A stretch of 63,812 nt of DNA, filler included, from Rhabdomonas costata (taxonomy: Eukaryota): the NCBI GenBank assembly GCA_019059605.1. It is 24 parts of 24 records of this genome, joined end to end, with 100 filler letters (N's around TTAATTAATTAA, not from the genome) between each part and the next. Parts side by side here need not be neighbours in the genome. Positions count along the whole stretch, not along the records: positions 1 to 2,557 come from JAHMHO010002877.1; positions 2,658 to 5,213 come from JAHMHO010002878.1; positions 5,314 to 7,868 come from JAHMHO010002879.1; positions 7,969 to 10,742 come from JAHMHO010002880.1; 20 more parts are not named here. The stretch is one strand, 5' to 3'. Made by a program: the position numbers and the translations under genes. Each line of letters begins with the position of its first letter. The stretch's first letter is position 1. Shown piece by piece: positions 1 through 10,842 of the stretch. Below the pieces are notes generated by a model. It ran no database searches, was not told the DNA's origin, and was given only the letters and a program-made list of their open reading frames with translations.

Positions 1-8
1 GGGTGTGG

Positions 9-85
9 GGACAGACGCTATGCACCACGGCCATTCCTCTCCCCAGCGCATTTCAGACGTCGGCCGTGGTGCATAGCGTCTGTCC
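9..85. repeat. Perfect 24-bp inverted repeat (hairpin) with a 29-nt loop
   Basis: GGACAGACGCTATGCACCACGGCC (9-32) is the exact reverse complement of 62-85. Confidence 0.9.
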
Positions 86-699
86 GGCCACGCTCCTCTC
101 ATGACACTTCCCACATCTGACCTATGAATTCCATCACATTGTGCTGCCTCCCGTCCCTGAACTGCAGCATGAGGTCGAATATCGCCGTTCGGAATGCCGA
201 TGGATTCAAAACATGATGATTCCCAGGCCGCGAGATCCGTGCCAGTGTTTCGGGAAGTGCCCTTGTTACCGGTTATGCCCTGCCTACAATCCATTGCCCA
301 TGGTACTTGGGGAGTATGCGTCCGAAGACTTGGAGCGTCACATTCAGGAAACACAAGTTGCCTGTTCTCCCACTCCACTTGTCTGGTTCCACAGTGCATG
401 GCGGAGTTGGAGATCTCCGTTGTATTCTTCCGCCGTTTTGAAAGTGATGCCATTCACCTTCTGAGCTCTTGCGCACTAAACACGAGGCCTCTTTCACCGA
501 CTCTGGTTGGGTGCTGGCCTCGCCAATGGGGCTTTCCTCACTGGGTTGTGCCTCCGTGACCAACTCTGATGGGTTCTGGGGCCTGTTTCATTCCAACAAT
601 CTCCTGAAAAATCTTCACGCACTCTGGCTTCCTTGGTCACCGAGGTGACGAAGACCCTCAAGAAGGGAGGTCACATACAGGGAGGTCACACACACACAC

Positions 700-1704
700 C
701 TTTGCAAACCGGGGCGGGCACCGTTATCCCTGCTCCCTGGGGGTACTTAACGCCCGTGGTCCACGAGGGAGACAGCCACGGGCGGTTCGCGGAGGTAATG
801 CTCAGCTCGAACACGTTCCAGGTGTCCGTGAAATCCGTGTTGCAGGCCCACCCCCTTTTGTCCGCCCCAGTGCCCACGGTGAGGTTGGTGTTGTAGTAGA
901 GGAAAAACGCTCCCTTCAACGAGACATACAGCGGCAGGTCGTGGGGATAATCCGTGGTTATCCGGATGTAGTCGAGCCCATTGAAGCTGACCAGCAAGCA
1001 GTCTGCGGATGGAGGGGTGGGAGAGCCCTCGCCGTCTCAGGCGGATAAGAAACCAACGTATACGCCCTTCTTCTACCGTTCGGGCTGCGCTTAATCGGAA
1101 AGAAAGGAATAGCAATCTCTGCTGACAGGGTTGCCTTCACTCCAACAACCTGCGGACATATGCACACGTTCTGAAAACCGCAAAAATTCCTCGCAGTTGG
1201 GAGAATCAGTGCGATGAACGAGAGCCACGGGCAGAAAGGTAAACTTGGTAAACTTCATTCGTGAGTGTTTTTGTGGACGGGTGCTTTTACTGCCCAAACC
1301 GAAGGGAATCGGTGACGCGGCCACAGTGGGCACCAAGGAAGAAGCCGTCAGAGAACAAGAAGGGCAGGCGATGAGGCGCAATCCTTCTCGTTCACTTTTG
1401 CACACTGAGTGCTCCCAGAGCTCCTGGCCCAGTCCCTCACCATCTTTGAGCAAACGTTCTCTCTCAGAAGATCGCCCCACCCCCACCCCCCTTCGCTCGA
1501 TTTTTTATTCTTTTGGTGGACCAGACCCAGCTACATCTAAAGTACATAACGGGAGCGTCCGCCCAGATGCACGGCGCCGGGATACAATATTCGCGGGCAC
1601 AGAGAGGAAAGAGACGGGACGGCGGCGGGGATGGGGGAACCAGTTTGCGCGGTCACGGCGCAGAAGGCCGCCACAACCACCACAGTGGAGAGAAGCAGGC
1701 GCAT
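700..1704 (-). CDS. Putative secreted/surface protein, multi-exon, 3' partial
   Basis: ATG at 1704 gives signal-peptide-like MRLLLSTVVVVAAFCAVTAQT followed by a GT. A downstream exon after CCGCAG encodes CLLVSFNGLDYIRITTDY...PVCK and ends at a GTGTGT donor. Middle exons unresolved. Confidence 0.45.
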
Positions 1705-2482
1705 TCTTGTGCTTCGGCTTTGAGGAGAACAGTGCGTAGTACGAAGAGAAAAGGACAGAGAGGGTCAGCAACACTGACAGGGCATACTGAGACACAAAAA
1801 AACAACGGCAGCGGCGTATACGTCACGTGGCGAGCAGAGCTTGACTTTGGTATTTGAAAGCATTTTTCGACAACATCGGTGGTAATTATTATTCGCCCCT
1901 GACCACAAACAAACACTCGCACAACGAGTGATGCACCAGTTACTATGAAGAGGACGCAGGAGGGCTTTCGACCAAAAACCCCAACCTCGTCCATTCAACC
2001 ACAAGTACATCATCGTGACCGCTTGATTCCCTTCGGTATTATTTGGGAGGTATGTTGTGCTGTTTCTGAGTCTACCTACCAATATTATGAGAACTCGAGC
2101 AAGAAAGGCGGGTTTTGGGGTGCGAGCTCCTTGGGCAGGGCGCGCCAATGGGCTGCTTTTCATGACACACTTTGCTGCTGTTGTCATGTGCAGGTTTCTT
2201 GTGACTGACGACGTCCCCTTTTGGTCTCTTGTTTTCGCTTGCGCGCGCATTTGAGTGGAAACTCGAGAGTAGCCGCCACTCTAAAAAATAAAAACAATGT
2301 TTGCTCGCGCCGACGCAAGCGTTCGACCAGCCACCATAGGCCAGGCCCAAGATGGGCGGCGGCCACAACTCCGATGGCGCGGAGAATGGCTAAAGGTGGG
2401 CCGGTGTTAGGGCGACCGTAAGATGCGACGGGTGCGTCGCAACCGACCACATTTGGTGCGAATGGCAGTTCTCCTGAGATGA

Positions 2483-2554
2483 GTTGTGTAGGTACTGGTC
2501 GGCCACGGATTCTAAGATACGATATCCTCCGAGTCCGACCAGTACCTACACAAC
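2483..2554. repeat. Perfect 20-bp inverted repeat (hairpin) with a 32-nt loop
   Basis: GTTGTGTAGGTACTGGTCGG (2483-2502) is the reverse complement of CCGACCAGTACCTACACAAC (2535-2554). Confidence 0.9.
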
Positions 2555-2557
2555 ACA

Positions 2558-2657
2558 NNNNNNNNNNNNNNNNNNNNNNNNNNNNNNNNNNNNNNNNNNN
2601 NTTAATTAATTAANNNNNNNNNNNNNNNNNNNNNNNNNNNNNNNNNNNNNNNNNNNN
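2558..2657. other. Artificial contig linker (N-run + TTAATTAATTAA + N-run); first of 23, roughly every 2.65 kb, the last at 61161-61260
   Basis: The same six-frame stop linker inside Ns recurs at regular intervals; genes are cut at linkers and contigs have near-identical length. Confidence 0.98.
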
Positions 2658-2950
2658 GTTGGGGTTGGAAGAGGCAATGGCGATATCAAAGAAAATGGTA
2701 AACAAAGGATGACGACAGACAAATGAAGGCACGGACGCGCCTGAAAGGGGTAAAATAAACGATGCCGAAGACAGGTGTTCGCAAACATGTAACATCTTGC
2801 CTCCTTGTTGCTGTCGCTGTCACGCGGCCTTAGCTGAGGAAAGCATTCCTGTGCTAACCCAGTGCTTCTTTCTGAGAAGTCAATGAGAAGTCAAAGCTTG
2901 ATTTTGGACAGTTTCGGGACAGAGGGGGCGGAAAGCGATGACCGGAATGA

Positions 2951-5153
2951 TCAAAAAATCGAAAGACTGAAAAAATGTTGTCCCCAGCATACAACGCTCG
3001 CTGCCTGGGTGCCGCATAAGTTGAGTTGCGTTGGGATGGATGTCAAAACTGTTTCCCAGCAGCTATCAAACGAAACTGCTGGAAAGCAGCGAATTTCTTC
3101 CCATGAATCACTTGATGTGTTACTCCACGTAACCAGCAAAGCCCATTTAACCCCCCGAAACCTGCCGCAGACATGAGATGATCATCTCTGTCGCCCGGAA
3201 GGGACAGAAGTCACTGCTGTCGGAGGGGACACTCTTCAGCTTCAGCCGCACAGCAAAGCTGGTGGCAAAATCCTCCACGGCGAGCCGGGAAATCCGCAGT
3301 GCGGGAGTGGTCAGGACAAGCCCACCGGCCTCCCCGCCCTTCCGGTACTGCAGGGCCATCGGTGGGTGCGGAGAGGAAGTGAGGGCGGGGCGCGGTGATA
3401 TAAATGCTCCGAAAAGGGGGGTAGCGCAGGGCCACACCGATGAGAACAGAGAGGTGATGATCAATTTTCAAGGCAGCAATAGCTGTCAAGCTGTATCACA
3501 GCATCTGCAACAAGAAGCGCAAAGGCCCCACGCACGCATCGGTGCAGCAACGGCAGAAGTGGAAGAGGACAGCTCATTTGATCGCTGTCCTCTGTTGTCT
3601 CTGTTGTCTCTGGTGTCCGATCAGTCAGTTCGGGTTTTGTGATAAGATCAGAACATGCCTCGATGGCTGTATCGGTCGATCGATTTCTTGTTTATATGGG
3701 TCTCATCATCTTAAATAGAATTAGATGGGGAGTAGACAAAAAACATGCCGCAAAGAAGTAAAAGAACCTTCAGGTAAACCCCATTCGTTCGCCACCCACC
3801 TTTTCCCTTCGAAACCGAAAATGTGTGAGTTCCCTTCGAAAGCAATCGGATGCATTAAAAGACATAGAAAGTGGAAAATATGGCTACGTATTCCTGCCTT
3901 CCGGCCTCCGATCCAATTTCTACAGTCACCCCAAAAATGCATGGATATTTACCCACATAAGAGGAAAACTGCCATAATCAGCCGGCGTTTTTCTCAGGTC
4001 CCGCCCCACAAGGGAACGCAAGAATACGACGACCCACAGGTCCAGCCTCACCACTTCAGCGCACGAATCGGAACCAAAAGGGAAGGTGAATGCTGAAAGC
4101 AAAGCATCCGCCTCTGCGAGGTTTTTAGCCATCAATGTGAACTCGTGTTCCGCGGCGTACACCGCGCGTACACGCGCGGAGAAAAGGAGAGCAGTGAACC
4201 ACTGACAGTGAAGAGGAGAGGAATGGAGAGAAGAGGAAAAGCGCATTCACCAGGTTGAGATGAAGAGAGCAGGAAAGAAGGCAGGCAAGAAGAGATGCAG
4301 TTGAAACTCTATCCTCGGTGAGGATATAGGGAGGTGAGCGAGAGATAACGACCTCTGCTTGATATACATGTCTGCCGCGAACGCATGATGCAAATGATGG
4401 GGAGTGAAGGGGATTGAGGGCCGCGAGGGGGGCAAAGAACGATGTCACTAACTACTAACAACTCCTGTAACCTGTGCTGCGTATGGGTGGGAAGGGAGAG
4501 GAAAGGGAAGTAAACAAGGCGACAAAAGCGCTCTCCACGGTGGAGCCACGACGATGGGACGCCTATGCTTGACCTTGTGGGCTCACCCCTCCACACATAA
4601 CCCAGTCGCGCACCCCACGTACCCATCACTCCAGCTCTGCCTCCTCAGGCTGTGGTGCAGGGCACCCTTCATGGGCTCAATGGTGCGGAGTCTGGGGGGA
4701 TGGGTGAAGGATCGGGGGTAGCACAAGCGGAGGGCAAGAACGACGGTGTCTAGATTCTGCATAAGCCCGGTGAGCCCCCTCAAACCACTGAAGCAGCGGG
4801 GCCTGGGTAGCTTGCACAGGTAGTTCCAGTGTTCCAAAGAAAAACCCAGAAAAAGTGGGGAACGAGAGAGAACACGTCAAAAAGAAAAACGAGGGGGGGG
4901 GGCGAAGGCAAATGCGCAGACGAGGTAAACGTGCTGCAAACAAGTGCCACGGTGTGTGCGTGTGTCTGTGAGTACGTGTGTGTGCGTGTATGTGTGTACA
5001 AGGGGGCTCGAAAAGAGTTGGAAACGGAGAGTGAGGATGAGAGGCAGGTTTCTCACCTCCGTTTCTGCAGGAATGAGGAACACGGGGCTGCAGTGTAGAG
5101 AAGTGCTTGCAGAACAACTCTGCTCAGCCCGGAGCCCGGCTTTTGCACACAAG
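2951..5153 (-). CDS. Unidentified multi-exon protein-coding gene, partial
   Basis: Several AG/GT-bounded segments are open and two join in phase (CVQKPGSGLSRVVLQALLY...; GLRGLTGLMQNLDTVVLALRLCYP...). Further candidate exons near 4000-4180 and 3230-3350. No family recognised. Confidence 0.4.
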
Positions 5154-6641
5154 CTATGCAGAACACGGGAAACCATGATAATCATGAGAATCGTGATGCT
5201 CACCCGTTAACAANNNNNNNNNNNNNNNNNNNNNNNNNNNNNNNNNNNNNNNNNNNNTTAATTAATTAANNNNNNNNNNNNNNNNNNNNNNNNNNNNNNN
5301 NNNNNNNNNNNNNGGTTGTGGGGGGAGTCTGAGCTCCTCAACGCATAAGTGCCCACTCTCTCCCGAGAGCTGGTAATTGGGCACTGGGTCACACCGCAGA
5401 TCTCTCACCTCTCACTTGTCACAGGATGAACCCCAAGGGACCCAGAAAACTTAGGTTCTTCGTACTGGCGCAGTTGAAGGGCTAGGAAACGCAATGGGCT
5501 GGGTACAAAACACCATAAATCTTGTTCCTCCCTTCATTTTGGGCTGAATCCTCTTTCGCTTTTGTGATTGTGGGGCATAGGGTTACTAATAATCCTATAT
5601 GTTCTCTATGTTCTATGTTCTACATGTAAAAAAACAAGGGAATAAAATAAACATACTGGAGCTTTGCCGGACTGTTCAGTCGCACAGTTTAACATACGCC
5701 TGATCCTCAGTTGAGTTCTGCCGGATTCATTTAAGGCGGCGAGCGTTGGGCGGGTGCTCTGAGTTCCGGCCCGTTGCAATGCCCGCAGAGCGGCCAGCTT
5801 GTCGACATGCAATTGCTATCGAGCGCTCATTGCGTCCGCGCTGCCGCAGGGCCACTGCCCTCTCCTCAGATGGTGGCGGCGAGTGCGTGAAATGTGAGAG
5901 CAGAGTATCGGACCTTTCCGCTGCTGTGCCCCAGACCTCTCAGAGTGGTCACCTTTGCCCGACAAGGCCAAGTCCTTTGTCGAGTTGTTGCGCCCCACAA
6001 CTACCGTTAATTTTGGCACAGGGTGGTTGATTCATGTCAACTACTTGTCGGTAGTTTGGAAACTGTGAATCAGGAAGCGTCGAGTGGCGCAATCGACCTT
6101 TAAACGCCTATATTGGAGGAGTTTTTTGGTGAGTCTCGCCAAAGGCTTGATGCGGCTGCAAAGCTCTCAACGATATATTGTCAGCGTTGCAAAAAAGTCA
6201 CTGACCCACCACGTTGACGGTTTGGTATCATAATGTCTCTGTATTCCCGGTTTTCATCCTTTCCAGGATCTGTGTTTTGTGGCCTGATCAATGCCAACCT
6301 TGGGAAGCCTGTGACATATTGCTGAACAGTATCTTGCGTGTTTCATTTTTTTTTGCACCTGAGGCAAAATTAGTGTTCTTGGGCGCAGAGGGAAGATGGG
6401 ACAAAATGGGCACATGTTCCCTTGATTTTATGCTGTTTCTGTGGTTTCAGCATCAGGTGCAACTTATGGATGGAATCTGAACAGGCCCAGAAGCTCTCTT
6501 CACCTTGGCTTTTTATTCTCGGGCCTGTTCAAAATGTTCTTAAAACGGTTTTCTTTGCCTTGCGCGTGTCTTCCCCCCCCCCCGTACACCCGGTCTAACC
6601 GGGAACCCTCAATTAATTAGCGTGTTATTATGAGACCTAGG

Positions 6642-6726
6642 GTTCTGTTCTGTTCTGTTCTGTTCTGTTCTGTTCTGTTCTGTTCTGTTCTGTTCTGTTC
6701 TGTTCTGTTCTGTTCTGTTCTGTTCT
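6642..6726. repeat. (GTTCT)17 pentanucleotide microsatellite
   Basis: Directly visible tandem repeat. Confidence 0.97.
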
Positions 6727-6825
6727 AATTGCTTCCTTTTCTCATGCAGATTCGGATCTAATATCAGGGTCACAACTTGCCGCGCACTCTGTGCAAAGCC
6801 AGTTGTGTGTCTTCGCAACCACGGT

Positions 6826-7868
6826 ATGGCGGAGCCTCCCCCCTCCGCGGGCCTGAATAGTTTTCTCATGTCCTACAAGAGCAGCAAGGGGAGTACAACC
6901 TCAGCTCGCCCCGCAGCTGATGAGAAGAAGCGAAAGCGTAGCCCCTCTCACGAAGGTTTTTGGCCGCTGATCCAAGTGTTTTTTTTTTGGGTTGATGTGT
7001 GTTTTCGGTTCATGGAAACTCCAGGGTGCTGCCCTTCTCTGCACAGATCGTGACAAGGAGAGCACTTCAAAAAAGGGACGGACCTCTCCGAAGCCTGAGA
7101 CCAAATCTCGCGATTCCGGGCAGAGGCTCCGTGAAGAGCAAAGGTGTACATTTCGCCTTTGGTGTTGGCTTTCTAAGCGAAAATGAATCTTAGTGGAGGG
7201 AGTTTTGATTTTGTGACATAGGGATTCGGGAAAGTACGAAAAAGATGGTTCTGGGAAGCACGAGCATGCACGCTCTGCCGAAGCTCGTCGCAGCGGCGGT
7301 GTCAAAACCTCGTCGGACGCAAGGTACCTTGCACCCGTTGTTTCTTGCATTTGTTGAAAAAAAAACAGGATCTGTGTGCAATACTATTACCTAAGTTACC
7401 GATAGATATGAACTGCTAAATTGTAATATGTGCTTAACTCAGCTTTCATAACATTTTTCACTGACTGTCATTCTCAGTGCAACTTGTTTCGAAAATCGTT
7501 TTGGTTATCAGGGGCACGCAAGAGCGTACCGAGCCCAAGAAGTCTGAGAAGCTTGTCGAAAGAGATGCAGACCGTCATTCAAAGTCTGACCGTGGCGAAA
7601 AGGAGAAAGCTGCGGACAAGTCGCGAGAGAAGGGCAGCGCCCCGAAGGAGCTACCCCGCATCAAGGAGGGCTCTGGTGCCAAAGACCACGCCCTCAAGGA
7701 AAAGCCCAGCAGCAGCGAGAAGTCAGTCGAGAAGGATCGGCAAAAGCCCCAGGACTCCCGAGGGCAGCAGGATTCCGAGAAGCTGAGGGGCAGAGAAAAG
7801 GAATACGCCACCGCTGGTTCCGGTGACTCCGAGAAAAAGGGAGGCCGATCCAAAAACACACAAACACA
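6826..7868 (+). CDS. Low-complexity K/E/R/S-rich protein, N-terminal part, 4 exons, 3' partial
   Basis: Exons at about 6826-6955, 7046-7144, 7222-7323 and 7512-7868 join in frame through GT-AG introns (MSYKSSKG...DEKKRKRSPSHEDRDKESTSKK...). The start could instead be the ATG at 6868. Confidence 0.6.
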
Positions 7869-7968
7869 NNNNNNNNNNNNNNNNNNNNNNNNNNNNNNNN
7901 NNNNNNNNNNNNTTAATTAATTAANNNNNNNNNNNNNNNNNNNNNNNNNNNNNNNNNNNNNNNNNNNN

Positions 7969-7974
7969 GGGTGT

Positions 7975-8026
<52 letters not shown>

Positions 8027-8101
8027 AACAGCGTTTTCCAGCTTTCCGAAGCCCAACAAACACAAGGCTATTCAGGGACAGTTGCGCTGGAAAAAGCTGT
8101 T

Positions 8102-8176
<75 letters not shown>

Positions 8177-8205
8177 GAGTGAGTGAGTGAGTGAGTGAGT
8201 GAGTG
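7969..8205. repeat. (GT)n tract, 19-bp inverted-repeat core, (CA)n tract, then (GTGA)n
   Basis: TTAAACAGCGTTTTCCAGC (8024-8042) pairs with GCTGGAAAAAGCTGTTTAA (8086-8104) with one mismatch, and the flanking microsatellites are complementary. Confidence 0.9.
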
Positions 8206-8363
8206 AGAGCAAAACTGAACAAGGGAATACTGACGGGGCCAAAGGGAAACTTTCACTGGAACTATGCCTAGAAAGACGAACAAGTCGAGTCATTTTATAC
8301 TTCATCATTGCTTCATACACCGGCTGGCAGGTACAAGTGTCATGCTCAGTTTATTGTGTTTAG

Positions 8364-9331
8364 GGTGTGGAGGGCGAAAGCCAAAGTGCTCTTGACCTCT
8401 ACACGGACCCCCAGATCCACTCCAATCTGGGGTGTGCCCGATTTCGACTTCACCCTTTCTAGCGTTTGCTCAGCAGGGCACAAATTCAAAATTCATGTCA
8501 TGTTTCTCTTACTCAGTTCTGGCATCTACAAGTACGGCAATGGAGACATGGGCATCGACGGAATGCGTATGCAGTGAATTGGGGCTTGGTTTAATTTTTT
8601 CCAGCGCTCCTTGCACGTGTCGATCTTGTGGCGTTCGTTTTTCAGGTCACTTCTTTGCCACGCATCGGTGCAACCACATCTGCAGAATGATGGGCCTCAC
8701 CCCGAACCCCACCATCTCTGCCCCGCTGTGCGCCCGCCCTGACTTTAACCTCAAGGTTTCTGTGTGAAAACCGAAATCCGCCCTTCGCATTTTCGAAGTG
8801 TTTTGTGCACTTCTCTCCGTGTGCTTGCCGCCCTGCAGATTGGCCTCGGTCGTGGCACCAGTGATTGCTCCCGTGCCAGCTCGATTGGGGGCATGTCTGG
8901 ATGCTCATCAGCCTGCTCAGAGTTTGTTCCTCTTCGCCCGGCTGTCTATCCACGGGTGCGCATCTCCCCACTCACTGGCTCATCTTGCGTTGTTGCCCCA
9001 TTCCCGCGCTGCACGCTCATTCTATTCACGGTCAACGCACATGTCGCTCTGACTAGCTTGTTGGAGCTTCTTTTTCGAGTTTCGTTGAAAAATGCAAAGA
9101 GTTTGAAGAAAGCTTTCATCAACTCAGAAAAATTATTTTGCACGCTGTATTAGTTGTGCGCGTTTTTGCTCTGCAATTGCTTTCCAGAGCGTCGGCTTTC
9201 AGCCAATGGCCTGCTCGCAAATCACTCTGCAACCCCTGCCGGCCTTCGCACCAATGGCTCCGGTCCCCATGGGGCTCAGCTTCCCGGGGTTCGTGGGACT
9301 GTCCTGTCCGTCCTTGCTGATCCACGTCTGA
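8364..9331 (+). CDS. Alpha-kinase (eEF2K/MHCK family), C-terminal part, 5 exons
   Basis: Spliced GT-AG product GV...LYTDPQIHS...KYGNGDMGIDGMRHFFATHRCNHICRMMGL matches the alpha-kinase TDPQIH, GxGxxG and HxCxxxC motifs. Stop TGA at 9329-9331. Confidence 0.88.
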
Positions 9332-10842
9332 GGGCGCTTCCCTTCCTCACGACACGTCTTATGACAAGGGTTTTCACAAACCGGTGTGGCGATAGCCCTG
9401 GGTACATTTTGGTTCCGATGTGACATTCAGTGTGGGGTGGGATGCTGTGTTCAGTTGTGTTGTTCACTACCGCGTTTTGTGTGGCGTCTTTGCTTTTGTA
9501 TGAACCGGACTCTGGAGGGGCTTGTGGTATAGCTATGTTTTCTGCCAGTTCATTTCCTTGTTGTAGTTGTGCTTCTTTGCGCGGCTCGGGTGTCTGGGTG
9601 TAAATTTGCGTTGTTTTCCTTTCTGATCTGCGCTCTTTGTCTAGTTCATGGCTCGTGGTGTTTTAACACCGTTTGATTGATTCTCGGGTCATTCTTGCCT
9701 CTGCGTCGTCTGCTATTCAGCAGAATGCACGCACGCGCACCCCACGCGCGCGCGCACCAGCATGCAACACAATGCGCATGCGCGTTTTTGTTGTCGCTGG
9801 TGTCTTGCCTCCACATTTTGAGCGCGCGCTTTGCGAGTATTATGTGGGCTTTCCCTGGCGCTCACAGCTGCTTCCTGGCAACTTGTAATGTTTGAACTGG
9901 GTATGTGTGCTTTGTTATGCTGTGGGGGTGGTGTTCTGTGGTTTGCGTGCTTTTTGTGTTCGTTTCTACCTGTCTGCGATCGTGTTCGCAAGCCTTTTGA
10001 CTGAGGACGAACCCCCCCGTTCTTTCCTGCACGCCATGTGGTCGCCGGTGAGAGGGGAGGGAGAGGCTGGCCTTCCCCATCATATATGAGCGGTGTCGGC
10101 TGAGTGAGTCCCTCTCCTTTTCCTGACGGTGCACATGTTGTTTGTGGACGTTCAAGGAAAACCTGCTGTTCGACTTTTTGACGTGTGCGTTGGTCCTGCC
10201 CTTTTGCTGTGGCGTTGAAAAGCAGGCATGGTTGGAAAAGTAAATACACACCTCACTGTTTTTGTGCTCATGATCTGCTTGTCCCTGCTCAATCGCTCTG
10301 TCCTATTGCCTTGAAGGGTGGTTTCCTTCGGGAATTGGGGTTGCCACTGGGTAGCGCTTGACCCGTTTTCGGGTAGTTCCTCTCTTAGAATTTGCCTTTT
10401 GTCAACAGCCTTTGTTTGCAAACTTTGCCTCTCTTTAACCCGTCTAAGCTTGCAAAAAGCGAGAGTGTTTTCTTGGCCCCTTGTTCTAAGCCGTCACTTT
10501 CCCCGCCTTTTGACTAAAATGAGGGCGACTACTTGCCTCCACCAGAAAACCTTTCGGGGCAAAGCCTTTGCAAATGAGGAAGGGGCGTTAGGGTGGCTCT
10601 GGTCGGCGGCTCCGAGGGCCGGTAGGGTCGGACTTTCGGGTCTTGTGCGCTTTGGAGTGGTGCCGCTGGGCGGGTCTCGCCGCACATTCCGCAACGAATT
10701 ACTTGCAGATATCATTCGGGCGCAATTAAGCTCCCACAACACNNNNNNNNNNNNNNNNNNNNNNNNNNNNNNNNNNNNNNNNNNNNTTAATTAATTAANN
10801 NNNNNNNNNNNNNNNNNNNNNNNNNNNNNNNNNNNNNNNNNN

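Noticed and set aside
1090-1121. Possible 32-nt non-canonical intron in the secreted-protein gene
   Set aside because: The upstream exon chain is unresolved, no terminal stem is evident and there is no homolog to fix the junction.
6609-8320. ORFs with NRTEQ, CV and HT repeats in the ORF track
   Set aside because: They are translations of microsatellites, not proteins.
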